Assembly (NCBI GenBank): GCA_029289095.1
Contig: JARFUG010000003.1
Location: forward strand, 25,479-89,478
Source: Desulfuromonadales bacterium
GTDB taxonomy: Bacteria; Desulfobacterota; Desulfuromonadia; Desulfuromonadales; JACZKF01
DNA: 64,000 bases
Direction of reading: 5' to 3'
In this document: in pieces, positions 56,230-64,000 of the stretch
How positions within the stretch are numbered: position 1 is the first letter of the stretch
Layout of the letters: each line of letters begins with the position of its first letter
Translations under genes and position numbers: made by a program
Notes under the pieces: model-generated
Told to the model about the DNA's origin: nothing
Database searches by the model: none
Seen by the model: only the letters and a program-made list of their open reading frames with translations

Positions 56230-57707
56230 GGCAGCACCGCCTCGGCAAATTGGAGGAAGAAATAGGGGTAGATCCCGATCAGCAACGAAATGATGGAGGT
56301 GATCATCAGCGGGACGAGCAGCGTGAGGGGCGCCTCCTTGATCTGCGATGCGACGACGAGATCCCCCTCAGGATTCGGCTTGCCGAAGAAGCCCTGGTAG
56401 ACGATCGGGACGAAATAGGCGGCGTTGAGCAGAGTGCTGCTGAGAAGGACCCCGAAGATGATGATCATGTCGGCGTCGAGAGCGCCGTTGAGCATCAGCC
56501 ACTTGGAGACGAAGCCGGCCGATGGCGGGGCCCCGATCATGCTCAGGGCCGCGATGCCGAAGGCCCCGAAGGTGAAGGGCATGGTTCGGCCCAGGCCTTT
56601 CATCTGGGAGATGTATTTCTTGTGCGACGCCACGTAGATGGCCCCGGCGCAGTAAAAGAGCGTAACTTTAGCAAAAGCGTGGCTGGCGATGTGCATGATG
56701 CCGCCGGTGACCGCGGCCGGACTCAGCAGCGAGACGCCGAGCATGATATAGGAGAGCTGCCCGACCGTCGAGTAGGCGAGCCGCCTCTTGAGATTGTCCT
56801 GGGACAGAGCGACGATGGAGGCGGCGATGATGGTGAAGCTCACGAAATAGGGGAGAGCCGCTCCCATGGTGATGGCGCCCAGAACGTCGATGCCAAAGAT
56901 ATCGAGAAGGACGCGCAATACGGAGAACACCCCGACCTTGACGACGGCGACGCCATGCAGAAAGCTGCTGACCGGGGTCGGCGCCACCATGGCGGCCGGA
57001 AGCCAGCCGTGAAAGGGCATGACACCGCATTTGGCAAAACCCGCCACGAGCATCACCAGCATCAGGCTCAGAACCGCCGGGGGGGCCGCTCCGCCCAGGA
57101 TGCCGCCAACGGTGAAGTCGAGGGTTCCGGCGAAGGCGTACGTCATCATCATCGCCGGCAGGGCGAATCCGACGGAGGTCCCGAGAAGAATCGACAGATA
57201 ACGCCTTCCTGAGGAGCGCGACTCGGCGTTTCGCTCGTGGGCCACCAGCGGATAGGTGGAGAGCGAGAGCATCTCGTAGAAGAGATAGAGCGTAAGGAGA
57301 TTCGCCGAGAAGGCGACGCCGACCGTCGCGCCGATCGCCACGGCGAAGGAGGCGAAATAGCGCGTCTGATCGTGCTCCTGCAACGATCGCATGTAGCCGA
57401 TGGAGTAGATCGAGGTCAGGATGAAAAGAAAGGAGGCGATCAGCGCGAAGAGCATCCCCATGGAGTCGACGCGCAACTGGATCGGCACCCCCGGGATGAC
57501 CTCGAAGAGTGTGATCGTCGGCTGATTGCCGGCCAGCACGGTCGGGACCATGGAGGCGACGATCAGGAACATGGAGACCCCGGCCAGCAGAGTCCACATC
57601 TCGCGCAGGTTCGGACGGCGGTCGCTGAGGATGATGGGAATCGCCGCGAGCAACGAGACGAGGACCGCCGCCAGAGGGAGAATGGAGTGTTCCAGGTGCA
57701 TAGTCAT
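56226..57707 (-). CDS. mrpD: Mrp antiporter subunit D-like (NuoM/N family)
   Basis: 493 aa, roughly 14 TM helices, proton-conducting membrane transporter family. Confidence 0.85.
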   Translation of the reverse strand: MTMHLEHSILPLAAVLVSLLAAIPIILSDRRPNLREMWTLLAGVSMFLIVASMVPTVLAGNQPTITLFEVIPGVPIQLRVDSMGMLFALIASFLFILTSIYSIGYMRSLQEHDQTRYFASFAVAIGATVGVAFSANLLTLYLFYEMLSLSTYPLVAHERNAESRSSGRRYLSILLGTSVGFALPAMMMTYAFAGTLDFTVGGILGGAAPPAVLSLMLVMLVAGFAKCGVMPFHGWLPAAMVAPTPVSSFLHGVAVVKVGVFSVLRVLLDIFGIDVLGAITMGAALPYFVSFTIIAASIVALSQDNLKRRLAYSTVGQLSYIMLGVSLLSPAAVTGGIMHIASHAFAKVTLFYCAGAIYVASHKKYISQMKGLGRTMPFTFGAFGIAALSMIGAPPSAGFVSKWLMLNGALDADMIIIFGVLLSSTLLNAAYFVPIVYQGFFGKPNPEGDLVVASQIKEAPLTLLVPLMITSIISLLIGIYPYFFLQFAEAVLP

Positions 57708-57738
57708 TGTCCGATGGAAATGTGCGGCGCTCGCCGCA

Positions 57739-59211
57739 CTAGAAACTCCAGGGCAGCGCCGGAGCGATCAGCCCGCCGACGATCTGTCCGCTGAAGAGTC
57801 CGACGACGATGAGGGCGATGGCGCCGACGACCAGCGGCGCCAGAATCGGCAGCGGCGCTTCCGCGCGTCGAAGAACATCCTCTCCTTCAGGCTTCTGGAA
57901 GAAAGCGATCTCGATAATGCGGAAGAAGATGACGGCGTTCACCAGAGAGCTCACCACCAGCGCGGCGACATAGCTGAACTGCCCCGCCTCGATTCCCCCG
58001 AGGATGAGATACCACTTGCTGAAGAAGCCGCACGTCGGCGGAACCCCTATCAGGGCGAAGGCCCCCAGGGTGAAGGCCGCCATGGTGATCGGCATCTTGC
58101 GGTAGAGTCCCGCAAAGTCGCTGAAGCGGCTCGCGCCAACCTTGTAGATGACCGCCGAGGCGGCCAGGAACATCACCAGCGTCATCAAGGCGTCGTTGAC
58201 GATGTGCAGGATGGCGCCGGTGAGGCCGGTGGAGTTGGCGAGCCACACTCCCCCCACCATGTAGCCGACTTCGGCGACGACGACGTAGGCGAGCATTTTC
58301 TTGAACTCGGTCTGCGCCAGGGCGAAGCTCGAGGCGACGACGATGGCCAGGGCGGCGGCCCAGATGATGAGTTGCTGCACGTCCGGGTGGTCGAAGGCGT
58401 ACTCCGGGGTGTAGAGAAAGAACATCACCCGGATCATGAGGAAGACCGAGACCTTCGTCATCAGCGGCGCCATCAGCACGCTCGTCGCTGAAGGCGCATA
58501 GGTGTAGGCGTTGGGGAGCCAGCCGTGCAGCGGGAAGAAACCCATCTTGATCCACAGTCCGACCATCAAAAAAGCGAAGCTCGTCGCCACCGCCGCAGGC
58601 GCATCGAGGCCGGGGATGATCCCGGCGATGTCGGGCATGTTCAGTGAGCCGGTGAGGATGTAGAGGTAGCCGATCCCCAGCAGATAGAAGCAGGCGCCGA
58701 TCGTCCCCATGATGACGTAGTTGAAACTCGCCAGCGGAGCGCGCCCCCGCCCCATGGCGATGAGGCCGTAACAGGTGATGGCGGTGATCTCCAGAAGGAC
58801 GTAGATGTTGAAGGCGTCGGCCGAGACCACCAGCCCCATGAGGCCCGTGATCATGATCAGGGCGAGGGTGAAGAAGAGGTGCTCCTGCCCCGGCATCTCG
58901 TCGCTCGCCGAGCGGATCGCCGAGGAGATGGCGAAGAGGGCGCAGACCGAAACGACCACCAGCATCATCGCGCCGAGCGGATCGACAATGAGCTCCATCC
59001 CGAAGGGAACAGGCCAGTTCCCAAGGGTGTAGCGAATCGTGCCGTTTTTCAGGACGTCGGCCAGAACGACAGTCGAGGTGACGGCGGAGAAGATGAGGGC
59101 TCCGACCGCCACCGTCCCTGCCCAGGGGCGATAGGAGCGCGCCATCAAGTTGACCGGCAGGGCGGCCAGAAGGGGCGCCATGATCGCGTAGATAAAGAGA
59201 TTTTGTGTCAT
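57739..59211 (-). CDS. mrpD: Mrp antiporter subunit D-like (NuoM/N family), second paralog
   Basis: 490 aa, same family. The start overlaps the mrpC stop. Confidence 0.85.
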   Translation of the reverse strand: MTQNLFIYAIMAPLLAALPVNLMARSYRPWAGTVAVGALIFSAVTSTVVLADVLKNGTIRYTLGNWPVPFGMELIVDPLGAMMLVVVSVCALFAISSAIRSASDEMPGQEHLFFTLALIMITGLMGLVVSADAFNIYVLLEITAITCYGLIAMGRGRAPLASFNYVIMGTIGACFYLLGIGYLYILTGSLNMPDIAGIIPGLDAPAAVATSFAFLMVGLWIKMGFFPLHGWLPNAYTYAPSATSVLMAPLMTKVSVFLMIRVMFFLYTPEYAFDHPDVQQLIIWAAALAIVVASSFALAQTEFKKMLAYVVVAEVGYMVGGVWLANSTGLTGAILHIVNDALMTLVMFLAASAVIYKVGASRFSDFAGLYRKMPITMAAFTLGAFALIGVPPTCGFFSKWYLILGGIEAGQFSYVAALVVSSLVNAVIFFRIIEIAFFQKPEGEDVLRRAEAPLPILAPLVVGAIALIVVGLFSGQIVGGLIAPALPWSF

Positions 59212-59588
59212 CGCCCGATTTTTTCCAGAATTTCGTCTTCTTCCAGCGTTCCGTACTCGCGGTAGACGCGGGTCAGGACCGCCAGAGCGACGCCGGTGAC
59301 GCTGACGCCGACGACGATGGCGGTGAGCATCAGCACGTGAGGCAGGGGGTTCATCACCGCAGCGACCTCCAACTCACCGGCGAGCCCCGCGTACTTGTCG
59401 ACGATGGGGATTCCCGCATCGCGCTTGACGCCGGTCGAGATGAAGAACAGGATGATGGTCGTCTGAAAGATGTTCATCCCCAGCAATTTCTTCACCATGT
59501 TGCGCTTTCCGATCATGGCGTAGAAGCCAATCATCATCAGCACCACATAGATCCAGTAGTTGTATTTGGCAACGATCTCTTCAAGCAT
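59208..59588 (-). CDS. mrpC: Mrp antiporter subunit C (NuoK-like)
   Basis: 126 aa with GMNIFQTTIILFFIS and the conserved core typical of MnhC. Confidence 0.85.
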   Translation of the reverse strand: MLEEIVAKYNYWIYVVLMMIGFYAMIGKRNMVKKLLGMNIFQTTIILFFISTGVKRDAGIPIVDKYAGLAGELEVAAVMNPLPHVLMLTAIVVGVSVTGVALAVLTRVYREYGTLEEDEILEKIGR

Positions 59589-59592
59589 CTTT

Positions 59593-60072
59593 CTACAGCC
59601 CCTCCTTGCGGCTGCCGGCGGAGGCCAGATCCCAGTAGAGGGAGACCATGATCCCCATCACCCCCATTCCGACGCCGACCTCGACGACGAAGACCCCCCA
59701 GTAGCGCCATTCGGGCAGGGGCATGGGAAAGACGTTGGCCATGGCGCCGTAGTCGAGGAAGAACCCCCCCACCAGCGCGCAGAGAATGCCGAAACCGACG
59801 AAGATGAAGACCCCGATGTTGACGGTGAGAAAGTTGGCGAACTCGGACATGTACTTCTTCGAGTATTCCACTCCGTAGGCGAGGGCGAGCAGGATGAAGG
59901 CCGATCCGAGCAGAACCCCCCCCTGGAAGCCGCCCCCGGGACTGTAGTGACCGTGCACGATGACGTACAGGCCGAAGAGCTGGATGAAGGGGACCATCAG
60001 GCGCACCGAGGTGCGGATGATCAGATCCGTCCCCCCTTCAGTGTTTTGAACCTGCTCCCTGAACCTCCTCAT
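59593..60072 (-). CDS. mrpB: Mrp antiporter subunit B (MnhB domain)
   Basis: HGHYSPGGGFQGG motif. The start is placed at the ATG at 60072, which overlaps the upstream stop. Confidence 0.8.
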   Translation of the reverse strand: MRRFREQVQNTEGGTDLIIRTSVRLMVPFIQLFGLYVIVHGHYSPGGGFQGGVLLGSAFILLALAYGVEYSKKYMSEFANFLTVNIGVFIFVGFGILCALVGGFFLDYGAMANVFPMPLPEWRYWGVFVVEVGVGMGVMGIMVSLYWDLASAGSRKEGL

Positions 60073-60341
60073 GAGCGCGCCCCCCGCAGCACGGCCAGGA
60101 CGGCCATTCCCGCGCAATAGATGACGACCAGCTCAAACATGGTGTCATAGGCCCGGTAATCGCCGAGGACCGCCGCGACGAGGTTCGGCATGTGGGTGTC
60201 GCGCACCACCGTCTCAATGAAATACGCCGAGACGTGCGTGCTCGCCGGAGATTCGGGATCGCCCCAGGCGGGGAAATCGGCTGTTCCGTAGAGCAGAATC
60301 GCTCCGGTCAAGGCTGTCGCCAGCAAAGCAAAGACTTTCAA
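60069..60341 (-). CDS. MnhB-related small subunit (MbhE-like; carries the DYRxxDT motif)
   Basis: 90 aa with NLVAAVLGDYRAYDTMFEL, which matches the N-terminal MnhB signature. Confidence 0.6.
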   Translation of the reverse strand: MKVFALLATALTGAILLYGTADFPAWGDPESPASTHVSAYFIETVVRDTHMPNLVAAVLGDYRAYDTMFELVVIYCAGMAVLAVLRGARS

Positions 60342-60583
60342 TCCTTACTCCTTCGGGTCGTGCGGAAGATGGCCGCGATGAAGAGGATGGTGCTCACACC
60401 CGCGCCGACGGTCGCTTCGGTAAAAGCAACGTCGACCGCGCCCATTTCAGCCCATAGAAGACACATCAGAAAGCTGTAGACGCCGAAGATGACCGACGCT
60501 CCCAGAAGGTCGCGCACGTTGATGGCGGCCAGGGCGCAGATGACGACCAGTGCAAGGATGATCAGATCGAGCTGCCAGATCAT
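60338..60583 (-). CDS. DUF4040 / MrpA C-terminal-like small subunit (MbhD-like)
   Basis: 81 aa, three TM helices (..SVIFGVYSFLMCLLWAEMGAVDVAFTEATVGAG..). Confidence 0.6.
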   Translation of the reverse strand: MIWQLDLIILALVVICALAAINVRDLLGASVIFGVYSFLMCLLWAEMGAVDVAFTEATVGAGVSTILFIAAIFRTTRRSKD

Positions 60584-60903
60584 GACTTTCCCTTCTTTTC
60601 CCAGGGTTCGACCCCGACGATCAGCGCCGCCTCGGTCAGGGCGTGGGTCGCGGTGGGGCTGGCGATAAAGACGAAGGCGGCGATGGACATGATCTTGAGG
60701 CTCACCAGCAGATTCTCAACGGTGAATTCCTGCAGGTTGAAGAGGGCCAGCGCCGCAAGAGTCAGGATCGCCGCGAAGGTGTCGCACTTGCCTGCGGCGT
60801 GAAGGCGGGTGTAAAAGTCGGGGAAACGAAGAACCCCCAGCGTTCCTACGGCGAAGAAGAAGAGTCCCGCCGCCAGCATGATGGTGACTACAACGGACAT
60901 CAC
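60580..60903 (-). CDS. mrpG: Mrp antiporter subunit G
   Basis: GTLGVLRFPDFYTRLHAAGK motif; 107 aa. Confidence 0.85.
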   Translation of the reverse strand: MMSVVVTIMLAAGLFFFAVGTLGVLRFPDFYTRLHAAGKCDTFAAILTLAALALFNLQEFTVENLLVSLKIMSIAAFVFIASPTATHALTEAALIVGVEPWEKKGKS

Positions 60904-61205
60904 AGGAACTCCTTTTCGGCGGGTTTACCGGCGTCAAGGCGCGCGGCGCGCCGGCGAAGAAAGTACTTGGTGGCGCCGAGGGCGGCGATGAAGTTCAGGA
61001 GCGCATAGGCCAGGGCGATGTCGACGAACATCCCGACATTGTCGTACAGAAGCCCCATCAGCAGCAGCAGAACCGGCGTCTTCGCCCCGATGACGCTGCC
61101 GCCGACGATGCGATCGAGGACTGTCGGCCCCCAGACGACGCGCACCAAAGAGAAGAGAATCAACACGCACAGGACGATGCCCGAGTAGAGAAAGACCTGA
61201 TCCAT
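60900..61205 (-). CDS. mrpF: Mrp antiporter subunit F
   Basis: LVRVVWGPTVLDRIVG.. motif. The start is placed at the ATG at 61205. Confidence 0.8.
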   Translation of the reverse strand: MDQVFLYSGIVLCVLILFSLVRVVWGPTVLDRIVGGSVIGAKTPVLLLLMGLLYDNVGMFVDIALAYALLNFIAALGATKYFLRRRAARLDAGKPAEKEFL

Positions 61206-61209
61206 GGCG

Positions 61210-61743
61210 TTACTCCCTCTCCAGCGCCGCGGCGACGCGCTTTTCCATCTCACCCGGGAGCGCTTCGGCGGCGGAGTTGGTCAGCGCAAAAACGGTGAAT
61301 TCGTCATCGCGAATGCTCACCGAAACGGTTCCGGGAGTCAGAGTGATCGACTGGGCGAAGGTCGCCCGCGAGAAGGGATGCTTCAGGCGGGTGCGGAAGC
61401 GGATCAGTTGCGGGTCGATGAGATCGAGCATGCGGGGATGCAAAACGATGTAGGCCACCTGAAGGTTGGCGATGACGATCTCCTTGAAGAGCCAGGGAAG
61501 ATAACCCAGCATGCCGAAGACGGCTCCGGTGCGAAGGGCGGGCGATTCCTCGTTGAACAAGAGGGTGCTCGACATGAACGTCACCAACAGAGCCGCTACG
61601 GCGCCGAGAAACAGATGAACGGCGTCGAACATTCCCGAGAGAAATATCCAGAAGGCATACAGTATTAGAAAGGTGGAAACCTTGGCCATGTGACTTCCCA
61701 TCCGTAGAACGATCCGCGAAACGGAAACGGACCATTTATTCAA
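61210..61743 (-). CDS. mrpE: Mrp antiporter subunit E
   Basis: FLILYAFWIFLSG N-terminus typical of MnhE. The real start may be the ATG at 61689 or the one at 61701. Confidence 0.75.
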   Translation of the reverse strand: MNKWSVSVSRIVLRMGSHMAKVSTFLILYAFWIFLSGMFDAVHLFLGAVAALLVTFMSSTLLFNEESPALRTGAVFGMLGYLPWLFKEIVIANLQVAYIVLHPRMLDLIDPQLIRFRTRLKHPFSRATFAQSITLTPGTVSVSIRDDEFTVFALTNSAAEALPGEMEKRVAAALERE

Positions 61744-61962
61744 CCAGGGACGTTTCCTTGCTGTTTTAGAAGAGCCGAATAACCCAGCCTGTGAGGGGTC
61801 CGGGCAAAAAACGGATTAATTGTTAACACCCGACTCTACAGGGTGTCAAGAAAAACCGGATTGTCCGGTTGTTCAATGGTTAGGAATGAAATACAATGCT
61901 TGGGGTTCCATGGCGGGGACGCGCCCCAAAGACCTAGAACACCGTTTAATTGTGGAGACGAA

Positions 61963-62754
61963 ATGCCTCGAAAAATCAATGCTTCGGCCATTCAGTTCAA
62001 TATCGCCCTGGGGGACGTCGATTCCAATCTCCGCACGGCCATCGGCTCCCTGCGAAAAGTGGGTGAGAAGGGCGGGCATCTGGCGGTGCTCCCCGAAATG
62101 TGGAGCAGCGGATACGATTACACGAATCTCTCCACCCTCGCCGAGCGCACTCCCGAAGTCCTGGACGCCCTGCGATCGGTCAGCTCCGAACTCGGTATGG
62201 TGACGGTCGGCTCACTGGCGGAAAAAAAGGACGGTGCGCTGTACAACACCGCTTTCGTCGTCGACAGGGGAGAGATCGTAGGAAGCTACCGTAAGCTTCA
62301 CCTCTTCTCCACCATGGGAGAGGATCGCTACCTAAAGTCCGGCGAAAGCACCCTCGTCGTCGACACCTCCGCCGGCCGGATCGGCGTCGCCATCTGTTAC
62401 GACCTGCGCTTTCCCGAGCTCTTTCGAAAGCTTGCCCTGGAGGGGGCGCAGATCCTCTGTCTTCCCGCCGAATGGCCCAAGCCGCGACAGGAGCACTGGC
62501 GCACCTTGCTTCGGGCGAGGGCGATCGAAAACCAGCTTTTCGTGGCAGCCGCCAACTGCTGCGGCATTCAGGGCAAACTCGACTTTTTCGGGATGAGCCT
62601 GCTGATCTCGGCCCGGGGAGAGGTTCTGAGCGAAGGGGGGGAGAGCGATTGCGAACTGACGGCCGAGTTCGACTTCGACGACATGGACGCCTACCGATCC
62701 CAGATCCGATGTTTTATCGACCGTCGTCCGGAGATCTACGGAACGCTTCTTTAG
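61963..62754 (+). CDS. carbon-nitrogen hydrolase (nitrilase superfamily)
   Basis: Catalytic E (LAVLPEMW), K (YRKLHLF) and C (GVAICYDLRFPE). The start is placed at the ATG at 61963 after GGAGA. Confidence 0.85.
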   Translation: MPRKINASAIQFNIALGDVDSNLRTAIGSLRKVGEKGGHLAVLPEMWSSGYDYTNLSTLAERTPEVLDALRSVSSELGMVTVGSLAEKKDGALYNTAFVVDRGEIVGSYRKLHLFSTMGEDRYLKSGESTLVVDTSAGRIGVAICYDLRFPELFRKLALEGAQILCLPAEWPKPRQEHWRTLLRARAIENQLFVAAANCCGIQGKLDFFGMSLLISARGEVLSEGGESDCELTAEFDFDDMDAYRSQIRCFIDRRPEIYGTLL

Positions 62755-62909
62755 TGCCCCGTGCAGCTAATCGTATCTTCTGATTCTGGCTCTTTTCGGC
62801 GCTGCCTGCCCTGGCCTACTTGACCTAGCGCATGGCCAGGCCTGCGTTGGCGCGCCTTGACAGCACCAAAAATATCCCAGAAATTACACACGTTAACCAC
62901 ACGGGACAC

Positions 62910-63197
62910 CTAGTGCTTCAGGCGCTGCGCCTCGGAGCGAAAGGAAGGGGGAATCTCCTGCAGAGAATCGACGAAGTGCAGCTCTCCGTCGGCATCGACG
63001 TAGATATAGCGCGGCGACCCCTGTGGTGCGGGCTTGCCCGGAAGCGCTGCGTCTCCCAAAAGATCATGGCGCAGCTCAAGATACGCCTGGCGCAGGTCTC
63101 CGGGAGCGCCGGGGAGACGCACCATCGTCTGATCCGCTGCCACCAGGGCAAGGGCGAGGACCGCCGTCCATAACAGAATAGATCCGATCGTCTTCAT
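62910..63197 (-). CDS. small secreted protein, DUF4124-like
   Basis: Signal peptide MKTIGSILLWTAVLALALVAA. The YIYVDADGELHFVDSLQEIP motif resembles DUF4124. Confidence 0.5.
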   Translation of the reverse strand: MKTIGSILLWTAVLALALVAADQTMVRLPGAPGDLRQAYLELRHDLLGDAALPGKPAPQGSPRYIYVDADGELHFVDSLQEIPPSFRSEAQRLKH

Positions 63198-63205
63198 TTT
63201 GCGCT

Positions 63206-64000
63206 CTAATGGGAATGGCCGCCGTGGCCGTGAGAGCACAGGGTCGACTTCCGTTCCCTGTGCCGAAGCTGCTGGATGACCGGGCCGGTCAGGCAGCGGG
63301 AGCATTCGACCTGCAGCGTGGACTGGACGATGTGGAAATCGTGTTCCAGCATACGCTCGATCTCCCCGACGATCTCCCCCTGCCGCAGGCGGTACTCCGG
63401 CTCGACGTCGACATGGGCCGAGAGGGCGGTAATGTGGGAGCAGATCGACCAGACGTGCAGATGATGGATGTCGTTGACTCCCTCAACGGCACGCATCCTT
63501 GCGACCAACTCCTGCACGTCGATGCGCGACGGGACTCCCTCCAGCAGGATATGGAGCGCCTCGCGCAGAATCCGCAGGGCGCCCACCAGGATGATGACGA
63601 CGATGGCCACCGAGATCAGGGCATCGACGATGTACCATCCGGTGAAGAACATGATCACCCCGCCGACGATCACCCCCACTGAGGCGATGGCGTCCCCAAC
63701 CACATGGAGAAAGGCGCTGCGTACGTTGAGATCGTCATGGGCGTGGCTGTGCAGGCGGCTCGCCACGATCAGGTTCATCGTCAGCCCGACAATGGCGATG
63801 ATGAACATCTCTTTGCTCTTGACCGCCTGTGGATCGAGAAGGCGGCTCCAGGCTTCATGGAGAATTCCCATGCAGATGATGATCAGGACCGCGCCGTTGA
63901 CGAGTGCCGCCAGAATTTCGGCGCGATGCCAGCCGTAGGTGCGCCTGTCGGTCGCCGGAAGATTCGCCAGGCGAATGGCCATGAGCGAGAGCAGCAGTGC
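63206..64000 (-). CDS. cation diffusion facilitator (CzcD/ZitB-type) transporter; N-terminus beyond window edge
   Basis: HVVGDAIASVGVIVGG TM5 motif, a C-terminal cytoplasmic domain, and a His-rich tail (HGHGGHSH). The ORF is open to nt 64000. Confidence 0.85.
   Translation of the reverse strand, partial: ALLLSLMAIRLANLPATDRRTYGWHRAEILAALVNGAVLIIICMGILHEAWSRLLDPQAVKSKEMFIIAIVGLTMNLIVASRLHSHAHDDLNVRSAFLHVVGDAIASVGVIVGGVIMFFTGWYIVDALISVAIVVIILVGALRILREALHILLEGVPSRIDVQELVARMRAVEGVNDIHHLHVWSICSHITALSAHVDVEPEYRLRQGEIVGEIERMLEHDFHIVQSTLQVECSRCLTGPVIQQLRHRERKSTLCSHGHGGHSH

Overview
High-GC chromosomal segment (GC judged by eye). Gene content suggests a Geobacter/Desulfuromonas-like deltaproteobacterium. 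That inference rests on several inner-membrane multiheme cytochrome modules, sigma-54 regulation and an hrcA-grpE-dnaK-dnaJ operon with a CIRCE operator. I call about 60 protein genes. I saw no rRNA, tRNA, CRISPR array or intact mobile element. Layout: (1) 1-13.3 kb is an electron-transfer island holding an NrfC/NrfD-like pair with an octaheme cytochrome, a CbcL-like nine-heme c + b-type fusion, and an ImcH/NapC-like membrane cytochrome behind a MerR/two-CW regulator. Two arrays (3 + 2 copies) of a 47-48 aa hydrophobic peptide gene are interleaved here. Each array sits behind a textbook sigma-54 promoter and a roughly 415-bp upstream region whose motif spacing is conserved between the two loci. 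A PAS sigma-54-type activator with an aberrant GAFTGA loop lies between the arrays. (2) 13.3-25.3 kb holds an EEP nuclease/phosphatase + PLD-VTT fusion pair, UPF0316, an ABC-2 exporter, UbiD, a NarL-type response regulator, and a flavoprotein disulfide reductase + acyl-CoA dehydrogenase pair. (3) 25.4-30.7 kb is a visibly lower-GC islet: a small beta-barrel OMP plus a 1406-aa lipoprotein built of Big_1-like Ig repeats, behind a sigma-54-like promoter. (4) 30.7-53.6 kb is housekeeping (uvrB, cysS, glnS, ispDF, carD, dnaKJ/grpE/hrcA, hemW), interrupted by a 7.4-kb chemosensory cluster with hybrid proteins. (5) 54.2-61.7 kb is an 11-gene Mrp/Mbx-like antiporter module with three MrpD/NuoL-like subunits. 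It is followed by a nitrilase-family hydrolase and a CDF transporter cut by the window edge. The most novel-looking signal is the sigma-54-driven small-peptide family and its duplicated regulatory architecture. All family assignments come from motif recognition by eye; no database search was possible.
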